From the NCBI GenBank assembly GCA_002269645.1, contig NIVC01000696.1:124001-188000 (forward strand): a stretch of 64,000 nucleotides of DNA, given 5' to 3'. The position numbers and the translations under genes are program-made. The notes below the pieces were generated by a model. That model made no database searches and had not been told where the DNA came from. It worked only from the letters and a program-made list of their open reading frames with translations. Numbering within the stretch: position 1 is the first letter of the stretch; each line of letters starts with the position of its first letter. Source of the DNA: Macrostomum lignano (taxonomy: Eukaryota). Shown in pieces: positions 1 through 12,297 of the stretch.

Positions 1-524
1 CATATGGGTAGGTGAGACTCTCAGTTGCATCTCATATGGGTAGGTGAGACCCTCAGTTGCATCTCATATGGGTAGGTGAGACCCTCAGTTGCATCTCATA
101 TGGGTAGGTGAGACTCTCAGTTGCATCTCATATGGGTAGGTGAGACTCTCAGTTGCATCTCATATGGGTAGGTGAGACTCTCAGTTGCATCCCATATGGG
201 TAGGTGAGACTCTCAGTTGCATCCCATGTGGGTAGGTGAGACTCTCAGTTGCATCCCATATGGGTAGGTGAGACTCTCAGTTGCATCTCATATGGGTAGG
301 TGAGACTCTCAGTTGCATCTCATATGGGTAGGTGAGACTCTCAGTTGCATCCCATATGGGTAGGTGAGACTCTCAGTTGCATCCCATGTGGGTAGGTGAG
401 ACTCTCAGTTGCATCCCATATGGGTAGGTGAGACTCTCAGTTGCATCTCATATGGGTAGGTGAGACTCTCAGTTGCATCCCATATGGGTAGGTGAGACTC
501 TCAGTTGCATCCCATATGGGTAGG
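1..524. repeat. 32-bp minisatellite (CATATGGGTAGGTGAGACTCTCAGTTGCATCT), ~16 copies, probably intronic
   Basis: Unit recurs every 32 nt from position 1 with minor variants; lies upstream of the transporter acceptor at 706. Confidence 0.95.
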
Positions 525-706
525 TTCTAAGTATCATCTGAGTAACAGCAGATTTTGAGTTGCATGTCATGGGTAAGAGTTTGAGCATGTAAAATAGATG
601 TTGAGTAGTATCTTTTGAGTGAATGTAGCTCTACACAATGCTCTCATGTCAGTCAGTGACTGCGATTCAAACAGACCCACCAACCCTGCCATTTTGCCCA
701 CCGCAG

Positions 707-889
707 GCCCAGCTAAAGGACTACTCATTCCTGCCGTTCGTGTTTCTCCTGCTCGTGTTCTTCCTGTTCACCTGGTTCTTCGTGCCAGAGACGAAAGGCC
801 GCACACCTGAGGACGTCGAAATGGTGGCCAGAGAGCGGACTGGCACTGTTCAGTATGAGAGCATTAACCCTGACCTAGATACGGACTAA
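707..889 (+). CDS. Terminal exon of an MFS sugar transporter (SLC2/GLUT family): TM12 and C-terminal tail
   Basis: Acceptor ttttgcccaccgcag|GCC at 706/707, phase 0; reads AQLKDYSFLPFVFLLLVFFLFTWFFVPETKGRT with the diagnostic VPETKG motif; TAA at 887-889. Confidence 0.85.
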   Translation, partial: AQLKDYSFLPFVFLLLVFFLFTWFFVPETKGRTPEDVEMVARERTGTVQYESINPDLDTD

Positions 890-1084
890 TGCTGAATGCT
901 GATTGAAATCGCTCTCATAAACAGTTACAGTTTTACGCTATTCCCCTGTCTTGATCCGGTACAATACGGTTATTTTACAATATTGTGTATTAGAAGTTTA
1001 ATATAAAACGCCTGGATAGTAGTGTATTTGGAACATTGTCACATTTGTAAAGACGCTAGACCTTTTATTTGGTTCTAAAGCTGA

Positions 1085-1555
1085 CTGTCCAGGGTGCTGC
1101 TGTAGGCTGTTCAGTGTGCTGTCCAGTGGACTGTCCAGTGTGCTTTCCAGTGTGCTGCTGTGTGCTGTCCAGTGTGCTTTCCATTGTGCTGCTGTGTGCT
1201 GTCCAGTGTGCTTTCCAGTGTGCTGCTGTGTGCTGTCCAGTGTGCAGTCGGGTGGGCTGTCCGGTGGGCTGTCCAGTGGACTGTCCAGTCGCTTTCCAGT
1301 GGGCTGTGCTGTGTGCAGTCGAGTGGGCTGTCCGGTGGGCTGTCCAGTGGGCTGTCCGGTGGGCTGTCCAGTGGGCTGTGCTGTGTGCTGCTGTGTGCTG
1401 TCCAGTGTGCTGCTGTGTGCTGTCCAGTGTGCTGCTGTGTGCTGTCCAGTGGGCTGTCCGGTGTGCTGTCCAGTGTGCTGCTGTGCTGTCCATGGGCTGT
1501 CCGGATGGCTGTGCCTGTGCAGTCGGCTGTTCAGTGGGCTGTGCAGTGGGCCAGG
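1085..1555. repeat. Degenerate low-complexity array built from GTGTGCTGTCCA / GGGCTGTCC words
   Basis: Repeated 11-12 nt words; overlapping ORFs in several frames are repetitive. Confidence 0.85.
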
Positions 1556-4459
1556 ACTGATTTTAGTTAGTTAACTAATAATAAGTGCTATTTCAGAGTG
1601 TGAATGTTGAATGTGTGAATGTGTGTTGAATGTGTGAGTGTGAATGCTTAGATCGCAATACAGTAGTACCCCTACGGCATACTTCGCGCGTTCCATATTT
1701 GACCGCCACACTTTTCAGAAAGACAAGTTTTTCCACTTTTTATTCCTGTATCTGGCTTGTCCAATACTTAATCTGTCATTTCGCTTTGATTGTAAGCTGT
1801 AAGATTGATTGCCATACTCCACAGTCTAAATATACTACTTTAAGCGGAGAATTTTGTCATTATTTAAATTTATTTTTTCTCAAAACTTATCCAGCCTCCG
1901 TTGATCTCTAATTAGTAATTTGCTTATTTTGCTAGATCATGAATTCCAAGTTTCTTCGTTGCACCTCTTAGTTGTACTTGCAGTAGGCTGTATTGAGTAT
2001 TTATTGCGAAATTTATGATCACAAGTAGATGTCAACTGTAGAAGGCGGTATTTGGAATATCAATAATATTTTTGACTCATTTGCGTCTAATGCCTAGGTT
2101 TCTGCTGGTGATATATTTATGAAATCTTTATAGTTCGTAGCAGTGTTTTGTTGAGCCAAATCTTTGCATTATTTAATATAATAATGAAAATAAATCTCTA
2201 TTAGTTATCTGTCGTTTTTTTTAATGATCATAAATTAAACATTTGATTTGACTTGGATATTATCAACTGTTTGCTCAGTTACCTAATAAGCTAGGCCAAG
2301 ATGCTGTGTGGGTGTGTCGTAGGCGTTAATTAACTGTTGCTGCTTAAAATGCTATTTGCTCTGGGCCAGATTATCTCCAGTCTCATGGCTGCCCGACTGT
2401 CTGCCTTCTAGCATTGGGCATTGTGCCGCGCTTGGCTCCTCCGCTGCCTGGGCTTGTCAGTCAAAATTCAATAGCCCTGTTCTGTGTGGCCCGTGTTAAT
2501 TGACAGATTGGCACCTTGGCACACTGTCTGAGTCTCTCTTGAGTCTCACCTGCGCCTTTATCTATCTTGCTCACTTTTTTGGTAGTAAAGTCCTGTCGCC
2601 AAGTCCTGTCAAGTGCAAGTGGCGCCAACGCCTCCCACTTGACTCTCTCAGACTGCTGGGCGCCACTGGTTTTTGCTGTTCTACAATTATTATCGAATTG
2701 GCTGCAAATTATTTGGTAGGAGTTACATTCGAATTCAATCTATCCAGTTTGATCGAATTAAATTAATCCTTGTGACAGTCGAATGCACTGTTTTATAAGT
2801 TTGCTGCTTTGCGCTGTAAAATCAATTTTAATCCCGAGAGGAAGATGTTTTAACTGTTTAGTAATATGGAATCGATTAATTTTCATTACCGTACCTGTTA
2901 ATTGCCATAGACACCTAACAGCCATTTCAGACCATAGACAACTAGTAACAATCTTGATGATTAAGAGTGCCCGCTAATTTTAAACCATGTGTTCTGTGGT
3001 TTCTATTTTAAATTGGCTTAGTTTTATCCATTCAAGAATGAGATAGTCTATGGTCGCAGTCGCAAGTGAAGCGGGCTTAAGCCTACGGTTGAAACGCCCG
3101 TTGCAGCAGATGTCTATGGTCGAATTCGAATTTGCTTGGCTAAATCATGGACTTCTATACTTAGCTAAGTATAGAAGTCCATGGGCTAAATCCACTAAAG
3201 CCCTTATTATTGGCATTCTTATACGTAGAATTGCGTATAAAATACAATCACTTAATATTGCAATCGAATTCAATATACAATAAAAGCCGTTTAATTCATC
3301 ATAGTCTATGGTAAAAGCCATTTCTAACCATACATAGACTGTAATAAAACGAAGAGTACACAGCCATACACTAAAACGAGGTGATAGTCTATGCCCGAGC
3401 CACTCTGTTTCATGTTTCCCCTTAGCGAGACAAGACCTGTTGAGTTTTGTCTATGGTACAAACCCTATTCAGCAGCCAGACGGACAGCTAAACCCGTGGA
3501 GTAGTTTTTGTTGAGGAGTTTACCTGCATAAATTTGAGTTGAGCCGCTGAGGTGTAGCCGCCCCCCCCCCTGCTCCAGTTAGAGCCGCGGCACTCTGAGC
3601 TGCGATTTTTTTATTATTCTCTCCCACACCATCCATCGCAGCGGTTCCGCCTTCCGCACTGCGGCGGCTTCGGATGTGAAGTCTGCGCAGCAGCGGACAC
3701 CGCCGCAATTTGAGGGGGCGTTGATTGCTCTGCAACTTCCTGCTGTATTTTGGACAGTGCCGGTGGGCAATCGCGATGGAATTATCGGGCTTAAGGTGCT
3801 AATGAGCCTGCAGAAATGTCTGCAGAGCTCCTTGATTTCCCTTTCTCAGGCGGCCTGCTTAACCTGCGCCTGCATCCCTGCGATGTGTCCTTCATCTGGA
3901 TCTTCCCGCGGCGGGGATCCGGGATATGGGGGATGCTGCCTGCTGAGAAAGAAAGGAAAAGCAAGGCCTGTCATTTCCTGCAACCCCGTTGTTGAGGAAG
4001 TTTTAATCCCTGCTGGCTTGAAAAATAAAAACTGCTATCGGTTGAATTGCAGCCAATTGTGCTTCGGTTCCGCCTTCCTGATGCCTGGCGTGTCAGTCAG
4101 CATTGCCTGCTGAAGCAGTCACAACTTGATAGTAACTCTTCAAACTGGCTCTCTTTGCATAGGAGCAAAACCTTTTTCATTTCTCGTCTATAGCTTCGGT
4201 TTTATCAAGCTTATCTGACATTGTGTTGCAGCAGTGTTTGCCGCGGCGCCACCCTATACTCAAGCTGGTTTGTATTGTAAGTTTGTAAGCAGTGGCCAGT
4301 GGGCTGGGCTTGCGTAATATCGGATAAAGGTTGGGTATACATTCGGGTATCTTTATTGTTCCAAGCCATACTGTTACACCTCTTTGAAGTTGTATTTCTT
4401 AGATAAGGGATAAAAATGAGAAGGGACAAATGTACATCGTAGTTTAGTCATCCCTGGGT

Positions 4460-5077
4460 TTACCCGGAGTTGCGCCGCGTCATGTGCCGGATAAGCCGGA
4501 TTGGCGGGTCCTGAAAGTCCAGCCGCTGCACGTCCGCAAAGTCGGGCGGCTCGACTGCGAGCAGGCCGATCTCCAGCTGGGGAATTCTGGTCACCTCGTT
4601 GGTGGCATCGATATCAGCGCACAGCAGGCAGGTTATGTCAGTTGTGCGGCCAGTCTGCTTGGACAGCAGCTTGGAGGACCGGTCCATGCCGCCCTCCACC
4701 ACGATGGTGGAGGCACCGCGGCTCTGCCCGCTGCTGCTCTCCGTCTCGCCGGGGGCGCCGAAGATGCTCGGCCGGCCCGGCCGACGGAGCGACCGAGTTT
4801 TGCGCCGGTTGTCGGAGCGGCGTTGGTCCCCGATCAGAAGGCACTGAATGATCCGCTTGGTCTCCGGCATGCTGCGCCGGCAGCGCTCGTGGATGCCCTG
4901 GACGACGGCCGCTGCGTCCGGCTCGGACATTCGGAAGAATCGCTGCAGCCGGCGGACGAATTTGCTCAGCTCGGGTGTCCGCTCCTCGGGCTCGTCCGGC
5001 TCATCATCCTCGGACACTTTCAGCTCGATTGGCTGCGACTTTCTGGTGTCAGTGAGCTGCGAGCGGCGTTCTGTCAA
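4460..5077 (-). CDS. Probable last exon of an unidentified gene (ERRSQLTD...RHMTRRNSG*)
   Basis: GC-rich 205-codon open frame with acidic patch EDDEPDEPEE; candidate acceptor tgtttgacag near 5070; no recognisable domain. Confidence 0.5.
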   Translation of the reverse strand: MTERRSQLTDTRKSQPIELKVSEDDEPDEPEERTPELSKFVRRLQRFFRMSEPDAAAVVQGIHERCRRSMPETKRIIQCLLIGDQRRSDNRRKTRSLRRPGRPSIFGAPGETESSSGQSRGASTIVVEGGMDRSSKLLSKQTGRTTDITCLLCADIDATNEVTRIPQLEIGLLAVEPPDFADVQRLDFQDPPIRLIRHMTRRNSG

Positions 5078-5124
5078 ACATCATTATGGTTTGGGGTCGG
5101 CGCTTGAAGAAGTTCGTGATGGCT

Positions 5125-5470
5125 AAACTAGATGTCAGAGGTGATAAACTAGATGTCAGAAGCGATAAACTAGATGTCAGAGGTGATAAACTAGATGTCA
5201 GAGGCGATAAACTAGATGTCAGAAGCGATAAACTAGATGTCAGAAGCGATAAACTAGATGTCAGAAGCGATAAACTAGATGTCAGAAGCGATAAACTAGA
5301 TGTCAGAAGCGATAAACTAGATGTCAGAAGCGATAAACTAGATGTCAGAAGCGATAAACTAGATGTCAGAAGCGATAAACTAGATGTCAGAAGCGATAAA
5401 CTAGATGTCAGAAGCGATAAACTAGATGTCAGAAGCGATAAACTCGAGATGTAGAGGCGATAAACTAGAT
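5125..5470. repeat. 21-bp minisatellite (TAAACTAGATGTCAGAAGCGA), ~16 copies
   Basis: Near-perfect 21-nt period; separates the two minus-strand open frames like an intron. Confidence 0.95.
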
Positions 5471-5499
5471 GTTAGGGACGATAAATCAGAGGTTCAGAC

Positions 5500-6152
5500 G
5501 TTGGGAATTCGATGCAGAATGGCAACCCGGCCGGGTTCGGTGCCTCACCACCAGTCGCCAGGCTGCCTTGGCTTTTCCTCTTGTCCGTCTTTGTTGTCGT
5601 CGGCTGCTGCTGCTGTTGCTGCTGTTGCTGTTGTTGCTGCTTCTGCTGCTGCTGCTGCTGCGGGGCCGCGCCAGCCGTTTTGGCCGAGACAAACGACGCC
5701 CTCGAAGAGCCCGACGCCTGCGAGACGGCCGACGCCGACAGGCGTCGTTGGTGCGGCAGGCGCATCGGCGGCAGCGACGACGCCAGTTGGTGTTGCAAGT
5801 CCTGGAAGCTCTTGTCCAGGTGGCAGCAGCGCTGCGATCCCACAATCAGGTCGCGCAGGTCGGACTCGAGCTCGGCCAAGACAGAGTCTTTGTCCGAGCC
5901 CATGAACCGCTCGTGCTGAGCCGCATAGCTGGCGCTGGCATGCACACAGTCGGCCACAATGAGCTGAGCCTCAGAAGATGCAGAGTCCCGGCTGGTGTTG
6001 TTGGAGGCCTGTCTGAGCAGCTGAGCAGCTTTGGCCGGCTCGCTCGGGTTCTGCTGCCGCTTTTTTAAGGCCTGCATTTCTGCAGCGGATTTTGCTTTTG
6101 TGCTTGCTTGATGGATTTGATCTGGTACTGGCTGGATGCCGCTGGCTGGCAT
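5500..6152 (-). CDS. Probable exon of the same unidentified gene, with a polyQ tract
   Basis: 226-codon open frame with a CAG/CAA run in the style of the other exons here; donor not firmly placed (candidate G|GTGAGG near 5545). Confidence 0.5.
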
Positions 6153-6334
6153 ACAAATAACCTGGCCTGGCTACGTGCGAGAAAGCAATTTTTGAGCAAA
6201 GCTGTTAGTTTCTTCACAAGTAATTTGGTCCTCTAAATGACATTCTATGGCCAGGACTGAGTGATCAAAATACATGTAGCTCAGATGGGCTGGTTTGGTG
6301 ACACATCCAAAATGTCACACAAGATAAAAAATTG

Positions 6335-7980
6335 TCACATCGGATCCAAGAGAGTCACATGGGATCCAAGAGTGTCACATGGGATCCAAGAGTATCACAT
6401 GGGATCCAAGAGTATCAAATGGGATCCAAGAGAGTGACATGGGATCCAAGAGAGTCACATGGGATCCAAGAGAGTCACATGGGATCCAAGAGTGTCACAT
6501 GGGATCCAAGAGAGTCACATGGGATCCAAGAGAGTCACATGGGATCCAAGAGAGTCACATGGGATCCAAGAGTGTCACATGGGATCCAAGAGTATCACGT
6601 GGGATCCAAGAGAGTCACATGGGATCCAAGAGTATCGCATGGGATCCAAGAGTATCACATGGGATCCAAGAGTATCACATGGGATCCAAGAGTATCACAT
6701 GGGATCCAAGAGAGTCACATGGGATCCAAGAGAGTCACATGGGATCCAAGAGAGTCACATTAGATCCAAGAGTGTCACATGGGATCCAAGAGAGTCACAT
6801 GGGATCCAAGAGAGTCACATGGGATCCAAGAGAGTCACATGGGATCCAAGAGTATCACATGGGATCCAAGAGTATCACATGGGATCCAAGAGAGTGACAT
6901 GGGATCCAAGAGAGTCACATGGGATCCAAGAGAGTCACATGGGATCCAAGAGTGTCACATGGGATCCAAGAGAGTCACATGGGATCCAAGAGAGTCACAT
7001 GGGATCCAAGAGAGTCACATGGGATCCAATAAGAGAGTCACATGGGATCCAAGAGTGTCACATGGGATCCAAGAGTATCACGTGGGATCCAAGAGTATCA
7101 CATGGGATCCAAGAGTATCGCATGGGATCCAAGAGTATCACATGGGATCCAAGAGTATCACATGGGATCCAAGAGTATCACATGGGATCCAAGAGAGTCA
7201 CATGGGATCCAAGAGAGTCACATGGGATCCAAGAGAGTCACATGGGATCCAAGAGTGTCACATGGGATCCAAGAGTGTCACATGGGATCCAAGAGAGTCA
7301 CATGGGATCCAAGAGAGTCACATGGGATCCAAGAGAGTCACATGGGATCCAAGAGTATCACATGGGATCCAAGAGTATCACATGGGATCCAAGAGAGTGA
7401 CATGGGATCCAAGAGAGTCACATGGGATCAAAGAGAGTCACATGGGATCCAAGAGTGTCACATGGGATCCAAGAGAGTCACATGGGATCCAAGAGAGTCA
7501 CATGGGATCCAAGAGAGTCACATGGGATCCAATAAGAGAGTCACATGGGATCCAAGAGTGTCACATGGGATCCAAGAGTATCACGTGGGATCCAAGAGAG
7601 TCACATGGGATCCAAGAGTATCGCATGGGATCCAAGAGTATCACATGGGATCCAAGAGTATCACATGGGATCCAAGAGTATCACATGGGATCCAAGAGAG
7701 TCACATGGGATCCAAGAGAGTCACATTAGATCCAAGAGTGTCACATGGGATCCAAGAGTATCACATGGGATCCAAGAGAGTCACATGGGATCCAAGAGAG
7801 TCACATGGGATCCAATAAGAGAGTCACATGGGATCCAAGAGAGTCACATGGGATCCAATAAGAGAGTCACATGTGATCCAAGAGAGTCACATGGGATCCA
7901 ATAAGAGAGTCACATGGGATCCAAGAGAGTCACATGGGGTCCAATAAGAGAGTCACATGGGATCCAAGAGAGTCACATGG
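6335..7980. repeat. 20-bp minisatellite (GAGTCACATGGGATCCAAGA), ~80 copies, with higher-order periodicity
   Basis: 20-nt period; diagnostic variant units recur roughly every 460-500 bp. Confidence 0.97.
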
Positions 7981-8734
7981 GGCGCTGTTAGTGGCGCTAG
8001 TCTTGGTCAGACGCCTTTTTAGTGCCTCTTCCAAGATGAAGCGACACACGGCACACAAATTTCAACTTTCAATGCCAATTTCTGTTGACCCGGAAAACGG
8101 GACAAATTGAAGTTACCTGGTATTATCTTCTATATTATATAAATGATGGTTGCTATATTATTGCGCGAACTACTATTATTAGTAATATTATTACAAGCCG
8201 CTGGCCTCTGTAACTCCGCAGGCCCCGTTCCCAGACCTCCCACAACCCTCCTAAGTCCCTCACCTTCCTTACCTCTAAGACAGACCCTAAAAGAAGAGCG
8301 CCACCTTAATATTAAAAGCTGGAGAACTGCCGGAGCAGCCAGACAGAACAGCAGTCAATGCAGGACTTGAGCAGCTAGTTTATATGCTGTCTCATTTTAT
8401 ACGAGGGGGCGGGTGCTCTGCACTGCGGCAGGCAATTTGACTTTTTTGTCTTTGGCACGCAGACGAGAGAAGAAGTCAAAAGCAAGCCTACGAAACTCTC
8501 CGCGGAGGCCACCCGCGTTGGGAATAGCTTATAGAGTTGTAAGCTGGGAGGCCGCTCAAGGCCATAACTCTCTTCTGCATTTGCCGGCGGCTTCTGCCTG
8601 CCTCTCTTGACGATGATGGCGCAAACCTTGGGCTGCTCTAGCCATGGCACAGAGTCTGCAGTGGCAAATCTTACACAAATCTAAACACTTGTTTTTGAGA
8701 CTCAAGTCGAAAGACTTTAGCGCTAATTTAGAGC

Positions 8735-9235
8735 CACAGGTGAGATTTTAGCGGCAATTTAGCGCTGCAAGTGAGAATTTAGCGGCACAGGTGAGATTTT
8801 AGCGCCAATTTAGCGCCACAGGTGAGATTTTAGCGCCAATTAAGCGCTGTAGGTGAGAGTTTAGCGCCACAGGTGAGATTTTAGCGCCAATTTAGCGCCA
8901 CAGGTGAGATTTTAGCGCCAATTTAGCACCACAGGTGAGATTTTAGCGCCAATTTAGCACCACAGGTGAGAGTTTAGCGCCACAGGTGAGATTTTAGCGC
9001 CAATTTAGCGCCACAGGTGAGATTTTAGCGGCAGTTTAGCGCTACAGACGAGATTTTAGCGCCAATTTAGCGCCACGGATGAGATTTTAGCGCCAATTTA
9101 GCGCCACAGATGAGATTTTAGCGCCACTTTAGCACCACAGTTGAGAGTTTAGCGCCACAGGTGAGATTTTAGCGCCAATTTAGCGCCACAGGTGAGATTT
9201 TAGCGCCAATTTAGCGCCACAGATGAGATTTTAGC
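8735..9235. repeat. ~31-bp minisatellite built from TTTAGCGCCA subunits plus CAGGTGAGA
   Basis: Repeated tttagcgccaatttagcgccacaggtgagat. Confidence 0.93.
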
Positions 9236-9769
9236 GATCTCTCGCTGCAGACCCCTCGCTCCATGGCTCCTTAGCTATTAACTCTCCGCGCCTTTTTGCT
9301 CTTTGAAAAAAATTGTTCAACTTTATAACCTTCATCTCGCCGTCTGTCTGCTTTTGCTTCTCTCTGCCTTCCCACAGATGCGCAGATTTTCTGTGCTCCG
9401 GTGGTCCTGCCGCCCATACAGTCTCAAAATGCTAATTTACAATCTCTTTAGAAACTCCTGTCTGCCAAATGCAAAGATATGCAAAGCTGCATTGAGTTAA
9501 CTTACCAGAGACAAACTCAAACTTTATACAGTAGCACTTGCTGTCCGCAGCGTGAGAATCGCAACTCTGACAGTTTAATGGCTCCCGCACCGCTGCTGGA
9601 AATATATTTATTATATTATTTTTTATGCTTATTCTATCAGTTCTCATAAACTTCTGGGCCAATGTGGTGCGCAATGTTGACTGTTATTGTATGCAACACT
9701 GTATTCTGTGCCATGCATGCACCCCTGGCCATGAATACTCATTGCTGATTTGATTTTTTGCTCACTTTG

Positions 9770-10440
9770 GCGCCTAATCGATCCCTATTGGCGCCTAATC
9801 AATCCTAATTGGCGCCTAATCAATCCTTATTAGCGCCTAATCGATCCCTATTGGCACCTAATCGATTACTATTGAAGCTTAATCGATCCCTACTGGCTCC
9901 TAATCAATCCTAATTGGCGCCTAATCAATCCCTATTGGCACCTAATCGATCCCTATTGGCACCTAATCTATCCCTAGCTATTGGCGCCTAAACTATCCCT
10001 AGCTATTGGCGCCTAATAGATCCCTATTGGCACCAATCAATCCTAATTGGTGCCTAATCGATCCTAATTGGCGCCTAATCAATCCCTATTAGCGCCTAAT
10101 CGATCTCTATTGGCACCTAATCGATCCCTATTGGCATCTAATCTATCCCTAGCTATTGGCGCCTAATCGATCCCTATTGGCACCTAATCTATCCCTAGCT
10201 ATTGGCGCCTAATCGATCCCTATTGGCACCTAATCTATCCCTAGCTATTGGCGCCTAAACTATCCGTAGCTATTGGCGCCTAATAGATCCCTATTGGCAC
10301 CAATCAATCCTAATTGGCGCCTAATCGATCCATGTAAGCGCCTAATCGATCCATGTAAGCGCCTAATCGATCCATGTAAGCGCCTAATCGATCCCTATTA
10401 GCACCTAATTGATCCCTATTGGTGCCTAATCGATCACTAT
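9770..10440. repeat. 20-25 bp minisatellite (GGCGCCTAATCGATCCCTATT)
   Basis: Tandem units with length variants. Confidence 0.93.
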
Positions 10441-11597
10441 TGGCGCGTAGTCGCTCGCTGTAGCACCAACTGGTCAGGAGCCCCATGTACAAGAAATTCC
10501 TGTGTTTAACATTTAAATTTAAGTAGCAGTTTTGAGTCAATTGCGAGAGCTCACTGTTTACCTCGTAGGTTGTCAAGCAAACAGACCCCGTGTCAAACCC
10601 TCTCTCTGTGTGCCCTCCCTGCACAGAGACGGTTTATATCTCAATTCTCTTCTCGCGCAGAACACCGTCAGAAACTCACCTGACGCTCTGCATGGGCGGC
10701 GTCTTAAATTTTTCAAGGTGTCAATCAAGTATCCGATAAGAGACTCCGAGCAGGATCGAGTTGGAACTGCTGTTTAGGGACTCGCTTATCTCTCCAAGGT
10801 CCCCCAGCGATCACGTTCCACTGGCTGCCTTGCCAACTAAACTGCTGAATGTTCGCGAGTTAATTTGCAGTCAGCCTATGATAAACATGGGATTTTAATC
10901 CCACCAATACTGCACAGGATTCTTCATCGGTTTTATCTATAAAAATATATATTCGGTTAGCAACTAGAGAATGTTGAACATTTGCTATTTCTAGGCGTAC
11001 GTCAGAAATAATGAGTTCAGTCTCAAAAACAGTCTCAGCTTGTTTTCATAGTAATTTAAATACAATAATTATATACCCGCAAAACGCGCATATTTTATTT
11101 GCATCAAATATTGCCAATGACTTCTATAATATAATAATAATTAGCTATAAATAATAAATATTTGCATTGCATTATCAGGTGCCAAACTGCTTGCATATCG
11201 GGGGGGGGGGCAATTGTGGAAGTTGCGGAACTTCAGAACAGAAAAGAAAACACGCAGAAAAAGTGAAACAATGCACCATAAAAAGCAACAGTCGCCTATA
11301 CAACAGAACTCGAAGCAAAAGGAAACAAAATCCGGTTTCACAATAAGATTTGCAATTGCTTCTGCGAGCTCAAGCAGCAGCAATGGAAATTCTATTTGAA
11401 GGCTACAGAATGAATATTTGAAGGACTGCCAGTCTGTAGCTCAGTAAAACAAACAAGTTTAAAATTAAGGAGTTAAATAGCTGGAATAGCAAAGTGGATT
11501 TGAGGATTTGAAAATATAGAGCTCAACTGCACGGGAGAACACACATAAGCAATTGGACAAAGGAAAAGCAGAGCTAAAGAAGTAAAAGTTGCTTCAT

Positions 11598-11756
11598 TTA
11601 ATTTTGTTGTTCTGTGCTGAGCTGAGGGCAGCAGAGGGCACACAGGGTGCAAGGACTGCGACAGCTGCAGGTACGGAGTGCTGAGACTGCCTGGCCTAGT
11701 CGCACTTGGCAACTGCTGGGGCGGCGGCCTCTTGAATCTGGAATGGTTACAGTTGC
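11598..11756 (-). CDS. Candidate terminal exon of the odd-skipped-like gene
   Basis: Acceptor ttcgcag|GCA in phase 0 matches donor CAG|gtagat at 12000; 53 codons to TAA; peptide not recognisable. Confidence 0.35.
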   Translation of the reverse strand, partial: ATVTIPDSRGRRPSSCQVRLGQAVSALRTCSCRSPCTLCALCCPQLSTEQQN

Positions 11757-11764
11757 CTGCGAAT

Positions 11765-11985
11765 TCAATTGAGGCTTAATCTCATAGGGGAGATTATTGT
11801 AGAGGCTCAAATCTCATTGGGGAGATTATTGTGGTGGGCTCGAATCTAATAGTGGAGATTATTGTAGAGGGTTAAATTTCATGAGTGAGATTATTGTACA
11901 GGCTTGAATCTCAAAGAGGAGATTATTGTAGAGGCTTAAATCTCATAGGGGAGATTGTTGTGGAGAGTTAAATCTCAAGAGAAGT
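11765..11985. repeat. ~30-bp degenerate minisatellite (AATCTCATAGGGGAGATTATTGTAGAGGCT)
   Basis: About seven diverged units directly below the zinc-finger exon donor. Confidence 0.85.
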
Positions 11986-11999
11986 TCAAATTTATCTAC

Positions 12000-12297
12000 C
12001 TGGTGCCCGGTGTGCAGCGTCCTGTGCACCTGCAGAGTCCTGGCCTGGCAGAAGCCCTTGCCGCAGACGTCGCACTTGAACGGCTTGTCCTTGCAGTGAA
12101 TGTACCGGTGGTCCCGCAGGTGGTCCTGTCGCCTGAAGGCTTTGCCGCAGATCTCGCAGGGAAACGGCCTCTCATCTGTGTGGGTTCGCTCGTGAATCAG
12201 CAGGTTGTAGGACTTGGTGAAGTGGCGCCTGCAGTACTTGCACACGTACTCCTTGCGGGCTCTGCGGGTGAGTGTGTGTTGGTGTTGCGGCTGACTC
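12000..12297 (-). CDS. osr: Odd-skipped-family transcription factor, exon 3 (three C2H2 zinc fingers)
   Basis: [51 protein letters not shown]...[17 protein letters not shown] matches the odd/Osr finger signature; acceptor tctcag|G in phase 2. Confidence 0.92.

Noticed and set aside
4484-5107. 207-aa plus-strand ORF
   Set aside because: Overlaps the minus-strand frame antisense; the minus strand has the polyQ partner exon and candidate splice signals, though neither strand is proven.
6332-7904. Long overlapping ORFs (up to 316 aa) and a CRISPR-like regular look
   Set aside because: They are translations of a stop-free 20-bp tandem unit; there are no unique spacers and no cas genes.
11320-11365. 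KSGFTIRFAI, resembling the Odd C-terminal eh1 motif
   Set aside because: It is on the plus strand, opposite to the gene; treated as coincidence.
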